Under the pieces are notes generated by a model. That model was not told where the DNA came from. It saw only the letters and a program-made list of their open reading frames with translations, and did no database searches. 64,000 nucleotides of DNA from an uncultured delta proteobacterium (GTDB lineage Bacteria; Desulfobacterota; Desulfomonilia; Desulfomonilales; Desulfomonilaceae): the NCBI GenBank assembly GCA_963789265.1, contig CAWBKB010000003.1, positions 416,001-480,000 on the forward strand, read 5' to 3'. The position numbers and the translations under genes are program-made. The first letter of the stretch is position 1, and each line of letters begins with the position of its first letter. Shown here one piece after another: positions 40,853 through 51,330 of this stretch.

Positions 40853-40970
40853 GACCGCGCTTCCGCGTAAAGAATACCCTCTCTCTGTGTCTATGATTAA
40901 ATCACAAAAGCCCGTTCAGGTCAAGGTTTATTCAAAGTTGCCGAGACAGGTTGCGAGGGAATCGGTAGGA

Positions 40971-41415
40971 TCAGGCCGGCTCCGTGAGGCCACTGAAGAT
41001 GCGATCCACTTCCGCTTGCATTGCCTCGGCCTCTATCGACCGGGAGTGATCGTACCCGACGAGATGCAGTATTCCATGGATTAGCAGGTAAAGGATCATC
41101 TCGGTGTCGGTATAACCCAGTGTAGCAGCATCATCCGCCGCCCTATCCGTACAGATGACAACATCGCCGATCAGATCGGGTTGCAAGCCTGTGGGTTCTC
41201 CTTCGGTTTGGGAAAAAGACAGTACGTTTCGTAGGTTCTTTCTTGCCACGGTACTTGTAATTGAGGTCAGACATTGCAGCAGCGTCAACAAGCGCGAGCG
41301 AGAGTATTACTGACGCCTTACAGCCCAAGTCTTCTAATATTCGTTCCGTTTTCTTCCGCAGGTCTTCCGGATCGATGTCGATCCTTTTCTGGCTGTTGTC
41401 TATTAGTATCTCCAT
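40971..41415 (-). CDS. ybeY: rRNA maturation endoribonuclease YbeY, +1 frameshift near 41228
   Basis: LN.KYRGK..PT joins NVLSF...GDVVI...HGILHLVGYDH across an extra A. Confidence 0.92.
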
Positions 41416-43810
41416 TGGGTCGTTCCTGCGTCCCCATATTAGCCGGGTACACGATGCGTGAGTGCAGGATCCCCTGCAACGATCGGACAAAAGATTTGGT
41501 GATTGCATGAATGTCTTTTAGGGTTAAGGTTGATTGGTCCAGTTGGCCTTCGCTGAACAATGCCATGATCAGCGTCTGAACCTGCTTCTGAATCCGAGCG
41601 GGAGTGGGATCATGCAAAGTCCTGCACGCGGCCTCTACCACATCGGCCAGCATTACCAGTGCGGCCTCTTTACTCTGCGGACGCGGTCCGTAGTACCGGT
41701 ACTTGTCTTCACTCACGTTTTGATGCGTTTTTTCGGCTTTTTCCAGGGCCTTGTTATAAAAGAATTTTATCAGGCTTGTCCCGTGGTGTTGCTGGATGAT
41801 TTCCACAATGGGCGAACCGAGTCGATATTCCCGAGCCTTTTCGACGCCATGCTTTACGTGGGACACAAGTATCAGGGCGCTCATACTTGGCTCGAGCCGA
41901 TCGTGAATGTTGCTTCCGCGAAGCTGGTTTTCGATGAAGTAATAGGGCTTGGTCTTCTTACCGACCTTGCCGATGTCGTGATAGTAGGCTCCTACTCGTG
42001 CCAGTAACGGATTCGCGCCAATCAACTCTGCAGCGGTCTCCGCGAGGTTGCCCACCATTATGCAGTGATGGTAAGTACCGGGTGCTTCAAGAGACATTTG
42101 TTTGAGAAGTGGATGATTCAGGTTGGCTATCTCGAGTAATTTCACGTTCGTAGTGTATCCAAGTGGCTCCAGTAGGGGAGCCAACCCTGAAACGAGCAGG
42201 CCGGATAGAACGCCCCCGGAGAATCCGAGGCCAATATCATAGAAATCTTTTAGAGCAGTGATTTCTCCTAGCGCCATCTTAATTGCCAGGATCGAAATCA
42301 TGTTTGCCATGCCGACCACAAGGCCCGCCCTGAGCACCGAGGTGCGATCCGTAATCCGCGTCATCCCGTGTAGTCCGACGATCCCGGAAATAAAGTAAAA
42401 GGCAAAGAGATATATGTCGCCCTCGACTCCCAGCGATGCCGTCAGAGCTGCCAAAGTGGCGAAGATGAAAGCAATCCTCCCGTCCACCATAAGGGCAGTA
42501 AGCATTGCGCCTGTCGCCACAGGCGCGGCAAAAAGAACCGATCTCTGATTTATTCCTTGGCTAGAATTCCCCACTAACGGGGAGAGTGAAGAGACAAAAC
42601 GAACGACAATGATGGTCCCCACCAAAAGAAGGCAGAAGAGAAGAAGGTCTTCCGTGGCATGACGCCCGCGATCTAAATGCTTTTCTGAAAAATAGCAGCC
42701 AAGTCTCAGCAGTATCATCAGCATAAGACAAAAGCCGGCCAGGATAATATAGCGGCTATATGCAGGGTTGGCCTTGTTCAGGCCGGCCAGCTTCCGAATG
42801 TGCGCCTCATTCACGGGCTCGCCTTCTTTGACTATGGGCTCGCCCTTCGCGATCTGAAAATAAACCTTCTTTTCCGAAGCCAGCGCCTCCTGTTTGAGCG
42901 CGGCACTCTTTTCCCTGTTATAGGTTATGTTGACATTCACGAGATCCATCGCTATGCGCCTCATAGCCCTTGATAGCTCAGAATCCGTGGAGGGATGGCT
43001 CTCTGCGACATTAATAAAGTTTATTGCTTCTTTGAGATCGAAGATGGATGATAGGTCCTTGAGAAGCTCGAGCTTGTCCTTGGATTTTGTCTTCAAAAGG
43101 ATGCCCTGCCGTCCATCTCTCATAAGAAGATCGCGACTCAGTGTGACACCTTTCAATAACACGGGTACTACCAAGGACAGGAGATCCCTTTGGATTCGGG
43201 CATCAAATCCCGCTGACTTCAGGAGAGCGAAACTCGACGGGGAGACAGTGGTGCCCAGAAGGTTCTCGAAACGTGTCCGGAGCGTGGATTCGTCCAAAGG
43301 CCGGAAAGATTTGGTATCAATGCCGCTCTTTTCAGGCCTGGGCCCGGCCTCCACCGGCTTGTTGGCTTGCTTGGCATTATATTCCGCCTCGGCGGCCAGG
43401 TACTTCTTTCCAAAATTGAACGCGGCCACAATCCTCGCCTGAACGTCATGGACCATAAGATCGTCAAAATCGTACACAGGTCGAACCGATTTCAAAACTT
43501 CGTCACGGTTCTTGTTAGTCGCTGCTTCGTCGATCACGCGAAAGGTTATGGGAGATATGATGGTCTCCGGAGCCGGCTCTCCAACAGTCAGGTTGTAAAC
43601 TCGGAAGGACTTGGGCGCCAACATGAAGGCAGCGATCAAGGAGGTGCTGATAATAAGAGCCCAGCGCTGCCATTTGGGCTCGTTAAAATTATGCACCCAG
43701 TGCGGAACGCTTCGTCCCACGCCTCTAAGCGCGTGCTCGGCCTTCCCTTTTAGTGTCTCGGGCTTCTTGGCCTTTTCTGATAATTTGTTCTTGTCGGATG
43801 ACTCCGGCAT
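41318..43810 (-). CDS. pgpH: 7TM-HD/HDIG phosphohydrolase, PgpH-like cyclic-di-AMP phosphodiesterase
   Basis: Extracellular domain, 7TM region, EAPGTYHH, YYHDIGK, FIENQ, QHHGT and LAD.VEAA motifs; lies between phoH and ybeY. Confidence 0.88.
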   Translation of the reverse strand: MPESSDKNKLSEKAKKPETLKGKAEHALRGVGRSVPHWVHNFNEPKWQRWALIISTSLIAAFMLAPKSFRVYNLTVGEPAPETIISPITFRVIDEAATNKNRDEVLKSVRPVYDFDDLMVHDVQARIVAAFNFGKKYLAAEAEYNAKQANKPVEAGPRPEKSGIDTKSFRPLDESTLRTRFENLLGTTVSPSSFALLKSAGFDARIQRDLLSLVVPVLLKGVTLSRDLLMRDGRQGILLKTKSKDKLELLKDLSSIFDLKEAINFINVAESHPSTDSELSRAMRRIAMDLVNVNITYNREKSAALKQEALASEKKVYFQIAKGEPIVKEGEPVNEAHIRKLAGLNKANPAYSRYIILAGFCLMLMILLRLGCYFSEKHLDRGRHATEDLLLFCLLLVGTIIVVRFVSSLSPLVGNSSQGINQRSVLFAAPVATGAMLTALMVDGRIAFIFATLAALTASLGVEGDIYLFAFYFISGIVGLHGMTRITDRTSVLRAGLVVGMANMISILAIKMALGEITALKDFYDIGLGFSGGVLSGLLVSGLAPLLEPLGYTTNVKLLEIANLNHPLLKQMSLEAPGTYHHCIMVGNLAETAAELIGANPLLARVGAYYHDIGKVGKKTKPYYFIENQLRGSNIHDRLEPSMSALILVSHVKHGVEKAREYRLGSPIVEIIQQHHGTSLIKFFYNKALEKAEKTHQNVSEDKYRYYGPRPQSKEAALVMLADVVEAACRTLHDPTPARIQKQVQTLIMALFSEGQLDQSTLTLKDIHAITKSFVRSLQGILHSRIVYPANMGTQERPNGDTNRQQPEKDRHRSGRPAEENGTNIRRLGL

Positions 43811-43816
43811 TTTCCT

Positions 43817-44821
43817 TTATCTCCGAAACCTACCTTCCCTGTGGGGAACTCTACTCTCGTAAGCTTTTATGATTTCTTGAACCAGAGGATGGCGGACAAC
43901 GTCTTGGTCGGTAAACATCACCACGGCTATGCCCTCTATGTTGTTGAGGATCTCTCGGGCTTCCACCAGACCGGATACGGTCCCCTCAGGAAGATCAATC
44001 TGTGTTATATCGCCGGTTATGACCGCCCTGGAAGAATAGCCAAGACGCGTAAGAAACATCTTCATTTGCTCGGAGGTTGTGTTTTGCGCTTCATCCAGGA
44101 TGACAAAAGAATCATTTAGAGTTCGGCCTCTCATAAAGGCCAAAGGGGCTACTTCGATGTCGCCCCTTTCAATCATACGCGTCGCTTTCTCGAAATCAAT
44201 CATGTCATGTAATGCATCGTAGAGCGGACGTAAGTACGGGTTCACCTTTTCGTATAGATCTCCCGGTAAAAAACCCAACTTTTCCCCGGCTTCAACCGCC
44301 GGCCGCGTGAGTATTATTCTTCTGAGTTCCTTCTTGGTAAACGAAGCCATAGCCATAGCCATAGCCAAATATGTCTTACCGGTCCCTGCCGGGCCAATAC
44401 CGAACACGATGTCGTGAGTCTGGATAGCTTCTATATACTGTTTCTGCAGGACCGTTTTGGGCGTGATGGGACGCTTTCCGGCAGATATGAAAATCGTGTT
44501 GCGCAGCAGATCTCTGAGTTTAGCCTGCGGGTTCTGGAGCAGGAGTCTGACTCCCTGATCGATGTCTGCCGGATGGATCGGGTAGCCTTCCCGAACCAGT
44601 GGATACATCTGCTTCAGCAACTTTTCCGCAACATCGTCAGACGGCGGCTCTCCGTAAATGCTGACAGTATTCCCTTTGACGGAGATACTGACTCCGAGAC
44701 ATTTTTCAATGTACTTGATATTTTTGCTTAATTCGCCGACAAGTGCCTGAAAAGCCCCAATGTCGGCGAAGCTTACACGACGAGGTATCGGCTCGCCCTG
44801 CTCGACTGAATTCGTCTTCAA
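43817..44821 (-). CDS. phoH: PhoH family protein
   Basis: [31 protein letters not shown] and DEAQN motifs. Confidence 0.96.
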   Translation of the reverse strand: MKTNSVEQGEPIPRRVSFADIGAFQALVGELSKNIKYIEKCLGVSISVKGNTVSIYGEPPSDDVAEKLLKQMYPLVREGYPIHPADIDQGVRLLLQNPQAKLRDLLRNTIFISAGKRPITPKTVLQKQYIEAIQTHDIVFGIGPAGTGKTYLAMAMAMASFTKKELRRIILTRPAVEAGEKLGFLPGDLYEKVNPYLRPLYDALHDMIDFEKATRMIERGDIEVAPLAFMRGRTLNDSFVILDEAQNTTSEQMKMFLTRLGYSSRAVITGDITQIDLPEGTVSGLVEAREILNNIEGIAVVMFTDQDVVRHPLVQEIIKAYESRVPHREGRFRR

Positions 44822-45228
44822 GAAGCCTCCAAGTGCTCCTTAATTCAAGCCCCCAACTTTTCTGTCATCCAATCTGAAATCGTTCCGGGCTTGTCAGTGT
44901 CTCCCGAACTGACGGTTCTTGCTCGAACGCGCTCATCATCCAAAATTTCATTCGGATGATACCACCTTTTCAAGTAAGGAATCAACGTGAACATCATAAG
45001 TCGTAGATTTGAAGGGCTACTACCCAAGATTAATCCACCTTCTTGCCCATCGACTCCGAAGACCTTCAAGCTCGGTCTCATCGTATGAAGCGCGGTGCTG
45101 GACAGAAATACTGGCAGAGTCTATGCTCCGATTATTGCATTGATGCCGGAATTGATTTCGGAGTGCCGGAGAACCTCCTGGTCAGAATTTCCACGTCCAT
45201 ATCTCACGAGACAAGGGAAAAATCAAGT

Positions 45229-46075
45229 ATGAATCTTTCGGACAGCTCCGCAAAAACCACCAAGGCCCTCGGCCGGCTCCTAGCTCTTATCAGTGCACTT
45301 CGATCAGAAAATGGGTGCCCCTGGGATAGGGAGCAAACTCCTCGAACTTTCCATCCGTACGTTTCTTGAGGAATACCACGAGCTGGCTCAAGCAATTCAT
45401 GGGGGGGAAACGGGCGAGATAGTTGATGAGTTAGGAGATCTACTCTTTCTGGTTGTCTTCCTTGCATACATGTTCGAACAAGAAGGCTTGACCACTCTGG
45501 AAGAGATTGTCGAAGCAGTGATCTCCAAAATGATCCGCAGGCATCCTCATGTTTTTGCCGATGCACAGGTGAAAAGCGCGGAGGAGGTAATCGAGCACTG
45601 GAGCAAGATCAAGGCGTCTGAAGAGCATATTCGGAAGCGTGAGTCTCTGTTGGACGGCATACCTCGATCCCTGCCTGCATTGAGCAGAGCTCAAAAGATT
45701 GCGACAAGGGCCGCGAGAGTCGGCTTTGACTGGTCAGAACCGGAGGAAGTATACGCCAAGATAGATGAAGAGTTGACTGAACTCAAACACGCGGTGGATG
45801 AAGGATCTGCGGATAACATTCACGAAGAACTCGGGGATCTGCTCTTTGTGATAGTCAACGCCGCGCGCCACCTGAAAGTAAACAGTGAAACAGCGCTGAA
45901 CGAGACATCCGACAAATTTGAGCGGAGATTTCGGCACATAGAAGCAAGGCTGGCAACGCGGGGCCTCTCCCTCGACCAAGCCGATCTGCAAGAAATGGAC
46001 AAACTGTGGGACGAAGCCAAGTCCAGAGAGAAGCATCATAATCTCAGCGGACCGAGCAAATTGGACCGCGCTTGA
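45229..46075 (+). CDS. mazG: Nucleoside triphosphate pyrophosphohydrolase MazG, +1 frameshift near 45362
   Basis: GCPWDREQT, then EE..E, ELGDLL, KMIRRHPHVF, GFDW and KFERRF motifs. Confidence 0.92.
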
Positions 46076-46090
46076 CAACTACAGTTCAGC

Positions 46091-46519
46091 TCAGCTCAGG
46101 CCGGAGATGTTGAACACGTGCAATCCTGCATCCTTTTGAATTGTTACATCGACAGTGTCATTCCTTATTCCCAGGGCCAACTGCCCTTGCCCTTTGGCTC
46201 CGTCAAGGCCGGTAATGTCTCTCATGATCTCCAGTCCTCGTGCTATGACGTGGGCAGGTGCTTTGGGAAGCGAGTACGTCGAGTCGCCATGAACAGTTAC
46301 GCCCTTGTCCTTATCCATCGAAAAGCGCGCGGCCCGCTCCTCAATGGCATCCAATAGGACCAGCGCCATATATTTTAACGGGGCCTCGTCAGCATCTGTG
46401 CCGGGCTCTTCGGCCCAGCCCGCTCTCTCCCACAATTCAAGAGCCATACGTGGGGCAATTTCCAATTGGCAATCCATCTGCTGCTGCAACCTCAAGTGGG
46501 GACTTTCCGAGTCCGACAT
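46091..46519 (-). CDS. Hypothetical protein, weakly resembling the N-terminal domain of PilB/GspE ATPases
   Basis: GGAGG RBS; LVLLDAIEERA helix and ITGLD...QG segment; no P-loop. Confidence 0.6.
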   Translation of the reverse strand: MSDSESPHLRLQQQMDCQLEIAPRMALELWERAGWAEEPGTDADEAPLKYMALVLLDAIEERAARFSMDKDKGVTVHGDSTYSLPKAPAHVIARGLEIMRDITGLDGAKGQGQLALGIRNDTVDVTIQKDAGLHVFNISGLS

Positions 46520-46555
46520 GGGACGACCTCCTTTTCGTCAGGTTTCATCCGGGTG

Positions 46556-46774
46556 CTAGTGACATGTGGCACAGGAAGTTGACGAGCAGGTACTACATCC
46601 CGATTTACCGGTGCCCGATGTCTTGAAATCACCGGCTGCGCTCTTGAAGCTGCAAGCAGACATCAGCCTCTCCACATTGCCTCCGCACGTCGGGCAGACT
46701 ACCTGATCGTTCCCGAAGACCAGCACTTCAAAATCGTCTTCGCACTTGCCACAATGGTATTCATAAATAGGCAT
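46556..46774 (-). CDS. FmdB family zinc-ribbon protein
   Basis: MPIYEYHC..C...FE, CPTCG and a C-terminal C..C....C..C. Confidence 0.93.
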   Translation of the reverse strand: MPIYEYHCGKCEDDFEVLVFGNDQVVCPTCGGNVERLMSACSFKSAAGDFKTSGTGKSGCSTCSSTSCATCH

Positions 46775-46874
46775 ACAACCTTTCTCCTCCTCGCTAGGAT
46801 AGTCTAATTATCAAGATGCGCCTGATGGGCAAAAGATGCAAGGTTTTGCGGGGCGAAAACGAGTTCACCACAGA

Positions 46875-47192
46875 TCAATTGCGATCTGTATCACGATAAA
46901 TAATGGTGTCTCCGCCCGGGAAAGTAAGAGTGCTCCCCTGTTTTGTCTCTACGTATCGTCCCCACTTGAATACGTTCTTGCCTGCAACAATGAAATCCTT
47001 TTCGATGTTATCCCGATTGATGCGTTTCCAAGCGCCTTTTCCGTCAGCGTACTGCAACCTCATCACCCCGTTGGGAGCGACTTGCGTAACAGCAGCGTAC
47101 CCGGTCTTAGCGATCTTCCCTCCGCATCCACTTAGAAGAGCTAGAGCAAAGATGCCAACGAGAATTGTCAGTGTAAGAGATCTGATGTTCAG
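46875..47192 (-). CDS. Putative lipoprotein, probably with a non-canonical (CTG or ATA) start
   Basis: The frame of the 63-aa ORF extends upstream through NIRSLTLTILVGIFALALLSGC (lipobox) to a purine-rich RBS, with no ATG/GTG/TTG before the upstream stop. Confidence 0.6.
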   Translation of the reverse strand: MNIRSLTLTILVGIFALALLSGCGGKIAKTGYAAVTQVAPNGVMRLQYADGKGAWKRINRDNIEKDFIVAGKNVFKWGRYVETKQGSTLTFPGGDTIIYRDTDRN

Positions 47193-47371
47193 TATCCCTA
47201 TCCTTTCTCCTGCACATGGAACATCCTGATATCTTTAGCATACCTCGGGCAATAAAGTCAATTCCGGATCGTGTTGAAAATATGGGCTGAATTATCATTC
47301 AAGCCTGAAATCCATTGCTTCGCAGGATGATGCAAATTGCCCCTGCGCTGATTTTCGCTTAGGATGACACG

Positions 47372-48076
47372 ATGTCCCGGCAAGCGAACAAACCTTCGGC
47401 ATGGCCTCCAAGGATACAGGTGGCGGGAGTCTCCTCCCTGGAAGAGGCTCTTTTTTGCGAGCAGGTCGGAATTGACGCCGTGGGGTTCACCCTGTGCCTT
47501 CCCGACGGCCTCCACGACGGCCTCACACCGGATAAGGCGGCCGCAATCATTAGCGCACTGCCATCTCGCTTATTATCCGTGGTGATTACATACTTGAGTC
47601 GTGCCGACACGGCCTGTCAGCTTGCCGCGATCACGCAGCCGGCAGCAATGCAGTTTCATGGGGGTATTTCCGACAAGGAGGTGGTTCTCTTCCGAAACAT
47701 TTGCCCCGGCGTGAGAACTATCGGACGAATAACGGTTCTCGGGAAAGAGTCGATAGAAGAGGCTGCCTCGTTTCGATCGCCGAACTGGGATGCAATCATC
47801 CTGGATTCCTTTGATCCGTACACTGGAAGAAAAGGCGCTACCGGTCTCGCGCATGACTGGTCGATCAGCGCAAAGATCGTGAGAATATCATCCGTCCCTG
47901 TGATCCTAGCCGGCGGCCTCAATCCCGGTAACGTGGCTGAGGCAATCCACAAGGTTAGACCACACGGAGTCGACGCGCATACCGGCCTGGAAGACGACGG
48001 AGGTACTCGAAGTTTCCAGAAGATTGGAGATTTTGCTCGGACAGCACTGAAAGCCTTCGAGAGCTTGCCTGCTTGA
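47372..48076 (+). CDS. trpF: Phosphoribosylanthranilate isomerase
   Basis: DAVGF, QFHG, ILDS...GATG..HDW, ILAGGLNPGNV.EAI..VRP.GVD..TGLE motifs. Confidence 0.88.
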   Translation: MSRQANKPSAWPPRIQVAGVSSLEEALFCEQVGIDAVGFTLCLPDGLHDGLTPDKAAAIISALPSRLLSVVITYLSRADTACQLAAITQPAAMQFHGGISDKEVVLFRNICPGVRTIGRITVLGKESIEEAASFRSPNWDAIILDSFDPYTGRKGATGLAHDWSISAKIVRISSVPVILAGGLNPGNVAEAIHKVRPHGVDAHTGLEDDGGTRSFQKIGDFARTALKAFESLPA

Positions 48077-48124
48077 GGCTTTTAGGGCCCGTCACGTGCT
48101 CCGAATGAAGCGAGCCAATGCACC

Positions 48125-48152
48125 TTGACCGGTTATTGCAGGATGTTATGAT
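48125..48152 (+). promoter_or_regulatory. Sigma70-type promoter upstream of the GH57 gene leader
   Basis: TTGACC-16 nt-TATGAT with an extended -10 TG. Confidence 0.5.
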
Positions 48153-48177
48153 CTCTCAAATATTGTCCACTGGAAAC

Positions 48178-48261
48178 GTGGCCTAGCTTGGGGTGCCGTC
48201 ATTCCGGCGCGGGAGCCCCCGTGACCCGCGGCTCAAGTGGAAACGGGCTGATATAGGTTAC
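48178..48261 (+). ncRNA. Candidate structured 5' leader RNA (unassigned)
   Basis: Nested stems GUGGCCUA/UAGGUUAC, CUUGGG/CUCAAG, GCCG/CGGC and GCGGG/CCCGC, plus potential loop pairing AGCCC/GGGCU. Confidence 0.4.
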
Positions 48262-48294
48262 AGGCAACCTGTCAAGCAAAAGTTCGAGAGCATA

Positions 48295-50704
48295 ATGAGT
48301 GATTCAACGCGATATATCTGCATCCACGGGCACTTTTACCAGCCGCCTCGCGAAAATCCTTGGCTCGAAGAAATAGAAATCCAGGAGTCGGCCCATCCGT
48401 TCCATGACTGGAATGAAAAGGTCACAGAGGAATGTTACAAGCCCAATGTTCGCGCCCGGATACTGGATCCCCGGGGACGCCTTGCAGACATTATTAACAA
48501 TTATGAGCACATCAGCTTCGACTTTGGTCCCACACTTCTATCGTGGCTGGAAACACACGCGGTCGAGACATATCAAGCGATTCTTGAAGCAGATGCGCTA
48601 AGCCGGGGGCGGCGGTCGGGTCACGGCAACGCGCTGGCCCAGGCCTACAATCATATAATCATGCCGTTGGCCTCTTCCCGAGACAAACTTACTCAAGTTG
48701 TGTGGGGAATAGAAGATTTTCTCAAGCGGTTCCGTCGAGATCCGGAAGGCATGTGGCTCCCCGAAACGGCAGTAGATAGCGAAACTCTTGAGATCATGGT
48801 CGAGCATGGGATGCGCTATACGATTCTTGCCCCGTCTCAGGCCCGGCGGTTCCGTGTCGCGGCCGATGACAAGTGGATCGATCTCGGTCCCGGCTCCATC
48901 GACCCTTCACGACCGTATATATGCGAGCTTTCCAGGGGACGCAGCATTGTTTTGTTCTTTTATGACGGTCCCATCTCACAGGCAGTTGCATTCGAAGGAC
49001 TTTTGGGCAGTGGTGAAAACCTGAAAAACAGATTGCTGGGGGCATTTTCTGCTGCGAGGACCTGGCCTCAACTTGTTCACACCGCGACGGACGGCGAGTC
49101 ATACGGCCATCACCACAGGTTCGGGGAAATGGCCCTGGCTTATGCTCTCCGGGAACTCTTGCATCAACCTCATGTGCGGCTGACCAATTACGGCGAGTTT
49201 CTCGACAAGCACCCTCCCTCCGCGCATGCGGAGTTCATAGAAAATTCTTCATGGAGCTGTGCCCATGGTGTAGGTAGATGGTCCAAAGATTGCGGATGTG
49301 CCCTATCCCACAGGCCAAACTGGAATCAAAAGTGGAGGGCTCCTTTGAGAAGGTCACTCGACCTTCTGCGTGACAGAACCGACAAACTCTTCGTCGAGAA
49401 AGCTGCTCCCTTGCTGAAGGATCCGTGGGCCGCGCGAAATGCATATATAAGCGTTGTCCTGGAGAACCGTCCGAGAATCGGGCCGTTCCTTAAAGTGTAT
49501 GGGCGGAGGATTAACAAAAGTCAGCGGGAACTGGTATTGAAACTTCTAGAGATGCAGCGCAATCGGATGCTTATGTACACGAGCTGCGGCTGGTTCTTTG
49601 ATGACATTTCCGGCATAGAAGCACTGCAAGTTCTCAGGTACGCTGCCCGCGTGGTGCAAATCGCTTATCCGTTCGATCCGACTGTCATAGATGACTTTTT
49701 GAAAGAATTGAGTGAAGCCAAGAGTAACGTGAGGCCCAACCTCCACGGAGACCAACTGTTCGATCAGAAAATCAGGCCACAGGTAGCGGACTTGGCCAAC
49801 GTGGCAGCCCATGTAGCCATTTCGTCGGTTTTTGAAGGGGTGCCTGCCAAAAGACGGCTATACTGCTATGACATAAAACTCCTGGATCTGAATAGGAAGG
49901 AATCGGCTGACCGAATGCTCGTGATAGGCAGGATGAATGTGTTAAGCCGCATCACGACAAGCGCTCGGGAATTTGCCTTTGCAGTCATTCATCTGGGCGG
50001 AGTGGACCTGCGCTGCTCGGTCGATGAGTTCCCCGACCAATCCCGGTACGACGGCATAAAGAAGGACCTCCTCGACAGCTTCACGCCGCAGTCCTCCACG
50101 GAGCTGTTCCGGAAACTGGATAGGTATTTTCCCGGTGGCTATTTCCGCCTTCAAGATCTCTTCTTCGAACAAAGGCGCAAAGTCATCAATATCCTAGCAA
50201 CGAAGAAGTTTGAACCGCAGGCACGGATGCTACGGACTTTTTATGAAAAGAACAAAGATCTGGCAAAATTCATAGTGGTTCACGAGGCGCATGTTCCTGA
50301 CACGTATCTTGCGGCGGCCGGCCTGGTGCTCAACCGAACCTTGACAAAAGAAACTCAAGAAACTCGCCACGGGCGTCTTCCCGGATGACCTTCAGGCAGT
50401 TGTGGAAGAATCGCGGCTCTGGGATATTGCTCTCGATATCGGCGCGGCTGAAAAACTGATCGCGAATCGCATCGCGGGCCTTGTCCAAGAACTCGGAAAG
50501 GACCCGCATGACAGCGATATTCCGGTGCAGATCATCAGATTTCTGGATCTCGCACGTGACATGGACCTATCGGTTGAGCTGCGAGAGGCTCAAACTCTTT
50601 TCTTTCAGCTAGTAAGGGATACGGAAGCCGGTGGAGAAAGGAGATTGCCGTCTTTATTCCACGAGCTTGCCGATCGGCTGGCAGTGAGTTTGCGCCGTGG
50701 CTAA
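48295..50704 (+). CDS. GH57/DUF3536 glycoside hydrolase, +1 frameshift near 50352
   Basis: CIHGHFYQPPRENPW, GMWLPETAVD, ATDGESYGHH, SWSCAHGV.RW and MYTSCGWFFD motifs; C-terminus continues in the 50402-50704 frame. Confidence 0.92.
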
Positions 50705-51330
50705 AGCATTGGGATGGCAACTGTCAATAGACTCCCCATAGGAGTAATCCCGATATGGGGAAAACAACGGTCTCCGTAATGCCTTATGAGACGCCGTCAA
50801 AATACGGGCGGAAAACAATAGACCTTGTGTCGTGGTCTACAGCATGTGCCCCCAAGCTCCAGGGCCTGTATCAAACCAAATATTGTCTTTTGGACCGAGA
50901 TAGGCGAGTTTGTCAAGTCAAAGGTGATCGCTACTCCTCGCGTGCTGGGAGGACATCCTTCTCTGCTCGAGCGTTGTCAGAGTGCTGCATCAGGGCGGGC
51001 GGCCCGGCAAGTCCTGCGATCCTCAAGCATCCTAATACGGCACCAGGCTTTTTCATGAGTAAATACGAGGACAGAAGCGACTTTGACGAGACATTCTTCG
51101 CGGCCGATGGTTGAGCTTGAAGCTATCGACCTTAATTTTGCTTAATTTAAACACCTGGTTATTGGTTTGCCAACATGGTTCGACTGCGCGGGGAAGGACA
51201 AAGAGGTAACCGCAATTCCCGCACGGGCAACTAGGACCTAGTGACGGAAACGGACGGTTCCCATTTGGCGGGAAGCGCACAACAATGCCTGCGTGCAGCG
51301 GTGTTTTTGCTGGACTGGAGGATTAATTTA

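Noticed and set aside
33919..46075. Programmed frameshifting or pseudogene status for rdgB, ybeY and mazG
   Set aside because: No slippery heptamers; the shared short-homopolymer indel pattern points to assembly error.
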